64,000 bases of DNA from Candidatus Ozemobacteraceae bacterium (GTDB lineage: Bacteria; Muiribacteriota; Ozemobacteria; Ozemobacterales; Ozemobacteraceae), in NCBI GenBank assembly GCA_965140445.1, contig OZ223236.1, forward strand, positions 4,775,191 to 4,839,190, in the 5' to 3' direction. Both the position numbers and the translations under genes were made by a program. The notes beneath the pieces are model-generated. The model was not told the origin of the DNA, made no database searches, and saw only the letters and a list, made by a program, of their open reading frames with translations. Shown here piece by piece: positions 19,782 to 29,078 of the stretch (positions within the stretch are counted from its first letter, which is position 1; each line of letters opens with the position of its first letter).

Positions 19782-21419
19782 TTAATCCAGGAAAAATAAA
19801 TCATATACTAAAACATTTTTTGAAAACTTTTTGTCCCCAACATTAATAACGACATTAGATTTCCCATCATCCCAATTGCCCAAAACATCAAATTTAATTT
19901 CTTTTCCTGTTAATTGGCCAGAAAGGCGGGCGTTAAAAAAGTCTTTTCCCTTAATTACACCATCAAACATAATGTTTCTCCCCAAATTCGCTCTTAGCTG
20001 AGGAAACTTTTCCGAAAACCCATTAAAAACAGATGGCAAACCATTGAAAAACCTCTGCTTGAAATTCAGGGCAAATTCAGATTGATTGAAAGCTTTCGTT
20101 TTAAAGTTCATTTTAAAATCAACCTCTCGCTTGTCTTTTCCAATTACAATTTTATTGGAAATTACATTTGCGAACACCTCAGGAAGGTTTTTCCTAAATT
20201 TTATCGAGACTCCGGCAACTCCAGACATTGGTGGTAAATCAAGGCTGTATCTCAGCCCCCACGGCAAGTTGGCAACTAGATTTTCAACATCAATGATTTC
20301 GGAAGAAAAATCCAGAAACCATTTTGCAGGAGACTTGGCGGGAGTTTCAATTCTTCCAGAGAATGAAGCTGGAAAGCCTAGCATAGTACTGCCAACATCC
20401 TCGAAAATCAGTTCGTTATTAAAATATTTCCAATTTGCGTTCAATTCCAGAATTGTGTAAAAGAAGCCAAGAGCAACGACTCTAACTTTATTCAGAGTGC
20501 CACTAAAATTACTAAAAAAGCCATCACCGCGACTGAACATCCATGAACCATTTAAAGAAATCCCACCATCACAGCCAAAAGGCATAGAATCCTGCCAGAG
20601 TGGAATTAACCACCTGGAAATTTTTGCCAGATCTATAGTGGTAGAAGAAACGTAGCCACTAATTTTAAAATCTCTCTTTTTATCTTCAATCAAGACCTCT
20701 GACTCAAATTTCTGGTCAATAACACAAGCCGACACAACTCCAGTCATCTTGCCCTTTTTTTGTTGAAGCTCTCCAGAGTAACTTCCAATAGCAAATCTTC
20801 TATTTTTAAACTTGCTCAAAAAAGCAAAGTTTACTTGTTGGGCCTTTTCTTTTTCCACGATTGGCAAAGAAAGTGAGATTGAACTGACAGAAAAAACAAA
20901 ATCCGCATCAGAAAAAGGGAAATAGTCAATCTTTTCCAACTCTATTCTGTTTATAAAAAATGGTAAATGATTGTTTACCAGACAGCTTAATTCAGGTGGC
21001 GGTGGAATTTTATCAAGAATTGGCAATTGGATTTTTCCTGAAGCAACAATTTCAGAACATTTTAAAGAAACCCCAAGCCCGGCCTTGGTTAAAATTCCTG
21101 AAAAATCAAACTTAGCATTTATTCCTGATGCTTTAACAAAAAACGAGTTTTGCGCTGTTCGAGCACTAATTTCTTCCAGGTCTAATCCATCAAGGAGATT
21201 TCCCTTTAGTCCAGAATACTCAAATTTGCCACCATCAATGTCTATTTGCCTTGCAAGCTGATTGAATAAGAATTCCGCACCAGCATCACTATTGCAAAAA
21301 AGAAGAAGCCCCCCAGAAAGCATTCCCCCAAAAAGAAGGGCATATCCAAAAACCTTCAGAAAAAGGTTCCCAGAGGATTTGATCGGCTTGGGGCTGTCAT
21401 TGTTTTGCTTATTATTCAT
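19782..21419 (-). CDS. Membrane-anchored hypothetical protein (possibly AsmA/TamB-like)
   Basis: 545 aa with an N-terminal TM helix (FLKVFGYALLFGGMLSGGLLLF) followed by a beta-rich sequence. No catalytic motif recognised. Confidence 0.45.
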   Translation of the reverse strand: MNNKQNNDSPKPIKSSGNLFLKVFGYALLFGGMLSGGLLLFCNSDAGAEFLFNQLARQIDIDGGKFEYSGLKGNLLDGLDLEEISARTAQNSFFVKASGINAKFDFSGILTKAGLGVSLKCSEIVASGKIQLPILDKIPPPPELSCLVNNHLPFFINRIELEKIDYFPFSDADFVFSVSSISLSLPIVEKEKAQQVNFAFLSKFKNRRFAIGSYSGELQQKKGKMTGVVSACVIDQKFESEVLIEDKKRDFKISGYVSSTTIDLAKISRWLIPLWQDSMPFGCDGGISLNGSWMFSRGDGFFSNFSGTLNKVRVVALGFFYTILELNANWKYFNNELIFEDVGSTMLGFPASFSGRIETPAKSPAKWFLDFSSEIIDVENLVANLPWGLRYSLDLPPMSGVAGVSIKFRKNLPEVFANVISNKIVIGKDKREVDFKMNFKTKAFNQSEFALNFKQRFFNGLPSVFNGFSEKFPQLRANLGRNIMFDGVIKGKDFFNARLSGQLTGKEIKFDVLGNWDDGKSNVVINVGDKKFSKNVLVYDLFFLD

Positions 21420-21437
21420 AATTGGGAGATTCTAATT

Positions 21438-21468
21438 AAAAAAGTCCCGGATAGTCAACATCCGGGAC
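21438..21468 (-). terminator. Rho-independent terminator after ndk
   Basis: 9-bp stem GTCCCGGAT/ATCCGGGAC (21444..21468), followed on the minus strand by T6 (A-run 21438..21443). Confidence 0.75.
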
Positions 21469-21501
21469 CTAATCTATCATGGATTAAGGATCATCGAATA
21501 A

Positions 21502-21972
21502 TCAGGTGTAGTATATCCACTGTTCTAACGCAATTTTATATTCCACAATCTCATCCTCAGTAAAAAACACAGATGATTCATGTCTGAAACTTTCCTGCGA
21601 ATCTGACCCATGCACGATATTTTGTTTCATGTCACCGGAAAAATCCCCTCGAATAGTACCGGGTTCGGCTTTTAAAGGATCTGTTGCGCCCATTAATTTA
21701 CGGCAAAGAGGGACAGCATTTCGTCCTTCAACTATTATTGCCACCGCTGGGGCACTGGTAATAAATTCAACCAGGGAATCATAAAAAGGCTTACCTTTAT
21801 GACAGGAGTACTGTTTAGCTGCTTGTTCAGGTGTTACTTGTAACATTTTTAAAGCAACAATTTTTAGCCCCTTAGCTTCGATCCTTGAAATAACAGACCC
21901 GATGAGTCCTCTTTGGACAGCATCGGGTTTAATTAAAATAAATGTTCTTTCTTTAAGAGCAGTCTTAGGCAT
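21502..21972 (-). CDS. ndk: Nucleoside diphosphate kinase
   Basis: ERTFILIKPDAVQRGLIG... and active-site NIVHGSDS. Confidence 0.95.
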   Translation of the reverse strand: MPKTALKERTFILIKPDAVQRGLIGSVISRIEAKGLKIVALKMLQVTPEQAAKQYSCHKGKPFYDSLVEFITSAPAVAIIVEGRNAVPLCRKLMGATDPLKAEPGTIRGDFSGDMKQNIVHGSDSQESFRHESSVFFTEDEIVEYKIALEQWIYYT

Positions 21973-21987
21973 TAACTTCCACCAGTA

Positions 21988-22407
21988 TTACAAATTAAAC
22001 TGCATGGAATAACATGAACTCCGCCCCGTTTCTGAAAATACTCTAAGATCATCAGTAAGAGCTTCTACAGAACTAAGATGTTTTCTAAGATCGCTTTCAG
22101 ATATGCGAGAAATGGACCCAGAAACAGCATCCCCATCTATCAGCATGAAATCCTCAACAGTTATTTGAAGCTTATCCTTAAAAACTGAGAATTTCAAGTC
22201 AAACAATCCCTGCGATTCTACATACGAAATCTCGATGATTTTCATCAAGGCATCCTGCAATGCGGACCGCATGCGGTCTCTGGGAACATCTCCTATATCA
22301 AAATGTTCACAGATACCTTCAAGGGTTAACACTGCATTTCCCAGATAGATCTTATCTGCTGGGATTCTCATGTGTAGCGATAGTTCATCGAGGCGCTTCT
22401 TTTCCAT
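21988..22407 (-). CDS. Hypothetical protein
   Basis: 139-aa ORF packed tightly between ptsN and ndk. No motif recognised. Confidence 0.45.
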   Translation of the reverse strand: MEKKRLDELSLHMRIPADKIYLGNAVLTLEGICEHFDIGDVPRDRMRSALQDALMKIIEISYVESQGLFDLKFSVFKDKLQITVEDFMLIDGDAVSGSISRISESDLRKHLSSVEALTDDLRVFSETGRSSCYSMQFNL

Positions 22408-22459
22408 TGGGACTCCTTTAGAAATCCTCTCGAACCGTAGCGATCCAAACCATTAAACG

Positions 22460-22909
22460 TTACTCTTTAGCTGCAATAATCTTTATAACTTCTTCTTTCG
22501 AAGTGGCTTTTTTAAGATCTTCAATTAAGTCCTGATATCTGAGAAGTCTTGAGATCCTTGCAAGTAGTTTAAGATACAAACTACCAGACTCTACTGGAGC
22601 TGCGAGAAGAAAAATCAAATGTACGGGATCACCGTCAACCGAGTTAAAATCAATTCCCTTGCCTGATCTTGCAAAAGCTATTGATACTTCATTCACAGTA
22701 TTAGCCCTAGCATGAGGAATTGCAATTCCTGCTCCAATTGCAGTACTACCCAGCTTTTCTCTTTCGAGAACTGCGCTAACAAAATGATTGTGGTCACTAA
22801 CCTTACCGGAATGGTGCAACATGCCAGAGAGCTTATCGATGGCGTCTGACTTATTTTCCACGCTTAAGGAAAGATCAATGAAGCTGTCTTGAAGTAATTC
22901 TGATATCAT
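22460..22909 (-). CDS. ptsN: PTS EIIA type-2 domain protein (nitrogen-regulatory EIIA-Ntr-like)
   Basis: 149 aa. Phosphorylatable His in GSTAIGAGIAIPHAR. AGGAG RBS lies 9 nt upstream. Confidence 0.85.
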   Translation of the reverse strand: MISELLQDSFIDLSLSVENKSDAIDKLSGMLHHSGKVSDHNHFVSAVLEREKLGSTAIGAGIAIPHARANTVNEVSIAFARSGKGIDFNSVDGDPVHLIFLLAAPVESGSLYLKLLARISRLLRYQDLIEDLKKATSKEEVIKIIAAKE

Positions 22910-22946
22910 TGCTGTTTCTCCTAGCTAGACTTATACAACTTATACT

Positions 22947-22963
22947 CGCATTTTTCGTGCCAA
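22947..22963 (-). promoter_or_regulatory. Sigma-54 (-24/-12) promoter upstream of ptsN
   Basis: The minus strand reads TTGGCACGAAAAATGCG. The -24 TGGCACG element is perfect, and ATGC replaces TTGC at -12 with exact GG-N10-GC spacing. It lies about 38 nt upstream of the ptsN ATG. Confidence 0.6.
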
Positions 22964-23004
22964 CTCCAAACAGCCTGTTATTAGGATATTTGGACTAAAG
23001 AGAG

Positions 23005-23049
23005 TGTGTTTTTTACACATAGGGTACAACAGTGTAAATATAACACACT
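23005..23049. promoter_or_regulatory. Two TGT...ACA palindromes, candidate enhancer (UAS) sites for the adjacent sigma-54 activator
   Basis: TGTGT-N5-ACACA (23005..23019) and AGTGT-N9-ACACT (23031..23049), 43-87 nt upstream of the -24 element. Confidence 0.35.
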
Positions 23050-23093
23050 TTTCAGTAAACCAAAGTGAATTTTTTTATCATTCGGCATTTTTT

Positions 23094-24485
23094 TTAAAAT
23101 TCGTTATCAAGATCATGCTTTTTTAACTGATGCCTAAGAGCAAATCTGGATAAACCAAGGATGTCAGCCGCTTTACTTTTTTTGCCATCAACTTCCTGCA
23201 TCACTTCTGTAACAATCTTTTTCTCTACAGAGTCTATATAATCTTTAAAGTTGAATCCAGAGTTCTCCCAGGGTTTTTCCTGTACCCCTCCCATTTTACT
23301 CACATCTATATTTGATACTTTCTTTAAATCTTCTGGCAAACTTGATGGCCGTATCTGGTTTGATGTTTCAAGCAAAGTTGCTCGCTCAAGTATGTTTTTC
23401 AACTCACGAACATTTCCGGGATATGAGTAGTTTTCAAGAATTTTACAGGTTTCTTCTTTGTAGCCTTTAATATCCTTTGAAAACTCTTTTCTGAATTCAT
23501 CCAAAAAGTATTTCGCCAGAAGCATAATATCGTCTCGTCTCTCTCTGAGTGGCGGAAGTTGAATGGTAAAAACATTCAATCTATAAAACAGATCCTGCCT
23601 TAAACGGCCTTCATCCATTGCCTTTTCCAGATCGGCGTTGGTAGCAGAAATAATTCTAACGTCAACATGAATATCTGAAGTTCCACCAACTCTGCGAAAT
23701 TTGCGCTCCTGAAGCACTCTCAACAATTTAACCTGCAAACTGGGATCAAGCTCGCCGATTTCATCCAGAAACAATGTTCCACCACTGGCAAGCTCAAAAA
23801 GTCCTTTCTTCTGCCTCTGAGCATCAGTAAAAGCACCTTTTTCATGCCCAAAGAGTTCTGATTCAAGCAAAGTACTACTCACTGCCGCCGCATTTACATC
23901 AATAAATGGTTTGTCGGCACGATTACTTTGGAAGTGAATCTGCCTGGCAACAAGTTCTTTTCCTGTGCCAGACTCTCCCCTAATAAGAACAGTAGTTCTG
24001 TCTGTTCTGGCCGCCATTGCAATGTGCTCTCTCAATTGCTTCATTTTAGAATTTTCACCAAGGATTTGAGAGAACTGGTTTTCCAGCTTTTCCTGGAAAT
24101 GATGCAATTGGCTCTTCATAAGATTTGCCTGAACTATCTTGCCAATCAAAAGCCCAACTTCTTCCAGACTATAGGGTTTGGCTAAATAATCGTAAGCACC
24201 GCGTTTCATAGCCTCTACAGCAGTTTCCACATCCCCAAATGCGGTCATAATAACCACTATAACACTTGGATCTATTTTTGTTACTTCAAGAAGAAGATCG
24301 AGCCCATTGCTGTCAGGAAGCCTGACATCCAACAAGACTATATCCCCGCCCATTTCGTGGAAGTAGGTCAAAAAGTCCCTACCACTCTCAAAAGTTTTTA
24401 CGTTGTAACCGTCTTCTTCAAGCGCTTCTTTCAGTGTCCAACGAATCATTTCCTCATCATCAACAACTAATATATCTATTGCCAT
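23094..24485 (-). CDS. Sigma-54-dependent response regulator (NtrC family: REC + AAA+ + Fis-type HTH)
   Basis: REC with DVRLPDSNG. Walker A GESGTGKE, GAFTGA-type loop ESELFGHEKGAFTDA, and a C-terminal HTH (KSKAADILGLSRFALRHQLKK). Confidence 0.9.
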   Translation of the reverse strand: MAIDILVVDDEEMIRWTLKEALEEDGYNVKTFESGRDFLTYFHEMGGDIVLLDVRLPDSNGLDLLLEVTKIDPSVIVVIMTAFGDVETAVEAMKRGAYDYLAKPYSLEEVGLLIGKIVQANLMKSQLHHFQEKLENQFSQILGENSKMKQLREHIAMAARTDRTTVLIRGESGTGKELVARQIHFQSNRADKPFIDVNAAAVSSTLLESELFGHEKGAFTDAQRQKKGLFELASGGTLFLDEIGELDPSLQVKLLRVLQERKFRRVGGTSDIHVDVRIISATNADLEKAMDEGRLRQDLFYRLNVFTIQLPPLRERRDDIMLLAKYFLDEFRKEFSKDIKGYKEETCKILENYSYPGNVRELKNILERATLLETSNQIRPSSLPEDLKKVSNIDVSKMGGVQEKPWENSGFNFKDYIDSVEKKIVTEVMQEVDGKKSKAADILGLSRFALRHQLKKHDLDNEF

Positions 24486-24488
24486 TTT

Positions 24489-26135
24489 TTAACTCACCAG
24501 TTCAGATCTGCGCACAGCCTCAATAATGTATGGGCGAATACGCTCATCCGTAATTTTAAAGATTGTGAGAAAGCACTGGTAGAGTAACTTTGATTTGCTG
24601 AATTCAAGCTTTCCCAGAATATATCTTTGCAGTTCAAATTCTTGATCCGCAAAACTATCGACAATTATTTGAATTGTTTTCTCGTTATCTAAAGAAAGCA
24701 ATTCATCAGCAGTAGACTTTCTTGCTCTAATAGAAAGATCATCCATTAAATCTCTCATATTTTCAAGATAAGTGCTTTTGCCAGTTTCTCTATAAAAAAT
24801 ACTATTTACCGCAGCCTTAACAGCCCCATCTCCGTCTTCAAGTAAATCCTCAAGATGCCTCAAAGACTCCTTCCCCGAAAGTTTGTACAAAGCTTTTGCA
24901 GCTGAATACCTGACCTTCCAACTCCCCTCCTTTGTTGACCCAAGAATTACCGGAACGACCTCACTTCTTCCAATACTTGCAAAAGCATCAATGATTGCGC
25001 TTCTAAATATTGGTTCCTGAGCTTCAGGAAAAATCTTTTTCAGTAATCCAAGACAAGAATCACTACCTATTTCTTTTATTGTACCAAGAGCTTCAAGAGC
25101 AACCTTTTCATCGGAGTCAGACAATAGCTCCAGAAGAGGTTGAGCATGATCATCCAAGGCAAGATAGCGATAAGCAACAGCAACAGCCCTTCTTGAGGCT
25201 GCTTCTGGATGGGCTGCAAAAGATGCAATTTCATCAGGTTTGTTCCAGCCAACAAGCTCATAAATCGGAACAGCTGGTAAGGGCGATCTTAATTTAATCG
25301 GCTTCCATTCTCTAAAATCAAACAGAGGCAAAGCAGCTTTGTGTATTTTTTCATCAACATAGATAGAAAAGTCTCCAGCCGCCTCAGCAAGTGTTTCTGC
25401 TAGATAAGCAGGCATGCCAACCCACGAAGGTTCAGCGATGAAACCGCGATCAACCTTAACCATTTCACCAGAAGACAGTCCTACCGTAACTTTTGCTTTA
25501 GATTCCTGAAGCAATGCGCTGGTTTCAAGAGCTTTTTTAAATCTGGAAACCACTTCAAAAGCTACAACCAGAGCTTCAAATAATGGGTCATCACTTTCAG
25601 AATCAGAGTTAAAAAACCAGAATCTATTTAACTGAGTCGCCGGATAACAGGAAAAATCAAAGGAGAAATCCCTTTCTAACAAAAGTTCAGCTTCTTTAAG
25701 AGCTTTATTAAACTCTTTTTTGTTTTCCAGATTATCGCCTGAAAATCTCAATTGAATTGCAGCAACAACAGTCTTTTCACCTAATGACTCTACCGGCAAA
25801 GGTAGTCTTTGCCTAACATCTAATCTGAGTCTAAGATCTTCCTCTCCGCCCTTTTCGATAATTGGGATACTGTTCATTTTTTTGGTAACCCCAACTGAAA
25901 CAGGCTTAGATGGAGTTGAATTTAAAGCTGTTTTCTCGGAAGGTACAGAACCAGGGTCTGAGGCTGTAGAAGCAACTTCTTCATTAATATTTTCCCTGGC
26001 GATTACTCCTGTTTCCTCTCCATCCGGTTCTTCTGCAAGAAAATCAACCTCATCTTCTTGCTCATCAAGAGAAAACATCACAAAAACCAGTAGCAGAATA
26101 ACAACCGCAATTACGATCATTAAAATTGAATTCAT
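24489..26135 (-). CDS. Membrane-anchored protein with a degenerate class III cyclase-homology-like domain and C-terminal HEAT (PBS-lyase type) repeats
   Basis: N-terminal TM helix, then an acidic linker. The middle region (about aa 120-330) reads KVTVGLSSGEMVKV...WVGMPAYLAETLAEAAGDFSIYVDE...PIYELVGW. HEAT-like repeats follow (LLSDSDEKVALEALGTI..., KEGSWKVRYSAAKAL..., DGDGAVKAA). Confidence 0.55.
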   Translation of the reverse strand: MNSILMIVIAVVILLLVFVMFSLDEQEDEVDFLAEEPDGEETGVIARENINEEVASTASDPGSVPSEKTALNSTPSKPVSVGVTKKMNSIPIIEKGGEEDLRLRLDVRQRLPLPVESLGEKTVVAAIQLRFSGDNLENKKEFNKALKEAELLLERDFSFDFSCYPATQLNRFWFFNSDSESDDPLFEALVVAFEVVSRFKKALETSALLQESKAKVTVGLSSGEMVKVDRGFIAEPSWVGMPAYLAETLAEAAGDFSIYVDEKIHKAALPLFDFREWKPIKLRSPLPAVPIYELVGWNKPDEIASFAAHPEAASRRAVAVAYRYLALDDHAQPLLELLSDSDEKVALEALGTIKEIGSDSCLGLLKKIFPEAQEPIFRSAIIDAFASIGRSEVVPVILGSTKEGSWKVRYSAAKALYKLSGKESLRHLEDLLEDGDGAVKAAVNSIFYRETGKSTYLENMRDLMDDLSIRARKSTADELLSLDNEKTIQIIVDSFADQEFELQRYILGKLEFSKSKLLYQCFLTIFKITDERIRPYIIEAVRRSELVS

Positions 26136-26163
26136 TTTATTGCCCTTTTACTTCAAATTGCGC

Positions 26164-27066
26164 TTAACGCTTTTTATATCCGAGACGTTTGACCCACTCA
26201 TCTTTTTTACGCCAATTTTCTCTAACTTTTATCCACAACTGTAAAAAAATATCACGTCCGAGAAGTCTGTTCAACCGTTGCCTTGCTTCCTGACCAAGTT
26301 CTTTTATTCCTTTACCGCTTGTGCCAATAATAATCTTCTTGTGACTATCCTTTTCAACGGTTATGTTGGCCTCAATAAATGTTTTTCCATTTGGCCTGTC
26401 CTTAAATTGTTCAACATTTACCGCAACAGAATGTGGAACTTCCTGATAAAACTTTTCTAATGCCACTTGCCTCACAACCTCTTCAGCGATTTCTCGCTCC
26501 GAAAGACTGGTATAATACTCTGCATCATAAGCATGAGGCCCTTCGGGAAGAATGCCCTCAACATAGTTTAAAAGTTCATCCAGCCCCTGTTTCTTGTCAG
26601 CTGAGGTGGTGAAACAAGCTGTGAAGGGTGCAATTTCCATATAAGCTTTTTTGATAGCTTCAAGATCTTTATCCTTGGCCAGATCCGCCTTATTCAAAAC
26701 AAGAGCCATAGGCCCGGAGAGACCAGACTTCAATTGCTCCAGATACCCCTGATCTTCTTCAAACCTTACATCAACAACGTCTACAAGATATAAACTCCCT
26801 TGCAGACCATGTAAAGTTGCATGAATCTCTTCGTTCATAAAAGCATCAAGCTTATTTTTAACCTGATGCAAACCAGGAGTATCACAAAACACAATTTGTT
26901 TTTCTTCTTTGGTGAGAATACCTAGAATTCTTCTGCGAGTTGTTTGAGGTCTAAATGAAACAATTGAAACCTCTTCACCAACTAAAGCGTTTATTAATGT
27001 GGATTTTCCAGCATTAGCTCTTCCAAAAACGCCTATGGCACCAAATTTTAAATTACTTTTTTTCAT
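26164..27066 (-). CDS. era: GTPase Era
   Basis: G1 GRANAGKST, G3 DTPG, G4 NKAD, and a C-terminal KH domain (IIIGTSGKGIKELG). Confidence 0.95.
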   Translation of the reverse strand: MKKSNLKFGAIGVFGRANAGKSTLINALVGEEVSIVSFRPQTTRRRILGILTKEEKQIVFCDTPGLHQVKNKLDAFMNEEIHATLHGLQGSLYLVDVVDVRFEEDQGYLEQLKSGLSGPMALVLNKADLAKDKDLEAIKKAYMEIAPFTACFTTSADKKQGLDELLNYVEGILPEGPHAYDAEYYTSLSEREIAEEVVRQVALEKFYQEVPHSVAVNVEQFKDRPNGKTFIEANITVEKDSHKKIIIGTSGKGIKELGQEARQRLNRLLGRDIFLQLWIKVRENWRKKDEWVKRLGYKKR

Positions 27067-27128
27067 CTTTTTTTACCGGTTCTTTAGTAGATAAAGAATC
27101 CTTATTTCCCTTGGTTAGTTTTTCTTTT

Positions 27129-29060
27129 TCAGGCAAACTTTTTACTTTTGTTTCGCCAGTTTTTTTTTGCTTTCGTGCCTTTAGCCTTATTCTTGGCGGC
27201 ACCCGGGTTACTATTTAAAATTGGATTAAACAATACCTTGTTTCTTGGAGCAACAACCTGAATCCAAACTTTCTTTCCTTTCTTAAATACAACAGGATTT
27301 CCGCTATCATCCAGGAATTCGGTAAAATCATTTGCCGACTTTTTAGTCCACTTCCCATTTATTAAGCGTCCAGATTGAAGATAATAGGCTTTGCCTGAAC
27401 CGATAAAATCAACATCCTGACGTCCAGCTTTATCAACAGTTTTCATACTTGCTTCCTGAATCACCACCGAGTGAGGACTTATTGGCTTACTGGTGTCCAG
27501 ATCCTTGTGAATTGCACCATTCATGAATCTTAGATAGCTATCAGTTACCTTGTCGTATTTATAGGAAACTGAGTAGTTTCCATGATATTTAATCTTAAGT
27601 CTTTCGCCCGGTTTTGCCCCAATTGACTCAACAGAGCCATAAACCAAAGGCAACTTTTTTTGAGGAAGTTCCATGGCAATCTTCTTATCCATGTATTCCT
27701 TTAGCCTTTTCCCGGTTGTGTAGAGGTTATGCGGAGCTTTTCTTTTTGAAAAACGATAGAATGGTTTCCCATGCTTAATCTCATCTATTGAGTTAATTTT
27801 GCTTTTGGATAAGTATGCATAGCCCTTTGGACTTCCACCGCAATGAACATATAAAGCATCAACTTCAAGAGCTCTATCAACAAAATATTCACGGCAACTT
27901 CTAACTGGTCCCAATTTTCCTGGAACATGAAAAAATAACGCCATAAAACGTGTTATACCACCCTCAACAGGCATTTCATAAACAACTTCAGCATCAATAA
28001 GTCCAGTTTGAGGTCTCGCCTTTCTATGATTCTCTATCATTACCGCGAGAGGCCGCATGGCTTTGCCCTTTATAATTCTAGCTTCACCTTGTCCTAGCTT
28101 TGAAACAAGCGGAATTGGGCCTCTACTTGGAGGTTTTGCTACAGAAGCTGTGCCCAAATTTGCTGTAATTTCTGTTGGTTTAACTGGCTTTTCTTCTAAA
28201 GCTTTGGTGGGAACCTTCTCTTCTGCCTTTTCTGGTGGCGCAGGTGGAGGAGGGATAATGGTCACTCCCCCAATAATTTGAGTGGCTGGTTCAGATTCAA
28301 TACTTTCTGTGGATTCAATATTTGGCCTGATAGTTTCATTTTTATCAGCTGCTTTATTTATGACTTCTTCAGGCTTCGCTTCTGTAATAACTTTATTTGT
28401 TTTTGCAACATTAGAATCTTTGCCAGCAACGGCCTGAGTTTTACTACCAATATTTAAACTTCTGGGATCTGTACCCTTGGCTGCTAAACCATCGTGGTAA
28501 GGATTTCCATTAAATGGCGGGGAATTTAATAAAGCAGGACTTAACAAAGTTCTAACATCTATGGGGTGAAAATAGGGTCTATCCTGGATTTTCTGTTCCA
28601 TTGGTGGTTTTGTTGAAGCAACAGAGCGCTCACCTAGATTTGGTTTATTTACGGGTAAAGACTCTAATAAAGGCTTTGTTGGAACCTGAGCAAAAGCTCC
28701 GCTTCTGATTCGGACTATTACATTTGAATATAATTGCCTGCTCTCTTCAAATTGGGCCTTTAACCTTCTGATGTAGTGGTATTTTAAGGGCGTCTTAGAA
28801 ACAGCGAACTGCTGAATTCTATTTTCCAAAAAAAGTAATAATCTGGTCAAATTCTTTTCAGCATCAGGATTCTTTATAAGGGGCGACCTTGAATCAGAGC
28901 TGAGAGCCCTTTTCATTTCAAGATTTACCAGATTCATTGTATCGCGCAATTCAAAATACTTCTTAATCTCATCTATATTTTCAGCACTCAACATACTAAC
29001 TGAGAAAATAGAAACAAATGCTGCAATCAGAAAGGCGATTTTTTTGTAATAGATTTTCAT
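27129..29060 (-). CDS. Secreted DUF3048 (YerB-like) domain protein with a long Pro/Lys-rich linker
   Basis: Signal peptide, then a low-complexity linker. The C-terminal region RPLAVMIENHRKARPQTGLIDAEVVYEMPVEGGITRFMALFF is typical of DUF3048. Confidence 0.6.
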   Translation of the reverse strand: MKIYYKKIAFLIAAFVSIFSVSMLSAENIDEIKKYFELRDTMNLVNLEMKRALSSDSRSPLIKNPDAEKNLTRLLLFLENRIQQFAVSKTPLKYHYIRRLKAQFEESRQLYSNVIVRIRSGAFAQVPTKPLLESLPVNKPNLGERSVASTKPPMEQKIQDRPYFHPIDVRTLLSPALLNSPPFNGNPYHDGLAAKGTDPRSLNIGSKTQAVAGKDSNVAKTNKVITEAKPEEVINKAADKNETIRPNIESTESIESEPATQIIGGVTIIPPPPAPPEKAEEKVPTKALEEKPVKPTEITANLGTASVAKPPSRGPIPLVSKLGQGEARIIKGKAMRPLAVMIENHRKARPQTGLIDAEVVYEMPVEGGITRFMALFFHVPGKLGPVRSCREYFVDRALEVDALYVHCGGSPKGYAYLSKSKINSIDEIKHGKPFYRFSKRKAPHNLYTTGKRLKEYMDKKIAMELPQKKLPLVYGSVESIGAKPGERLKIKYHGNYSVSYKYDKVTDSYLRFMNGAIHKDLDTSKPISPHSVVIQEASMKTVDKAGRQDVDFIGSGKAYYLQSGRLINGKWTKKSANDFTEFLDDSGNPVVFKKGKKVWIQVVAPRNKVLFNPILNSNPGAAKNKAKGTKAKKNWRNKSKKFA

Positions 29061-29078
29061 ATAACTATTTCCTTACTA

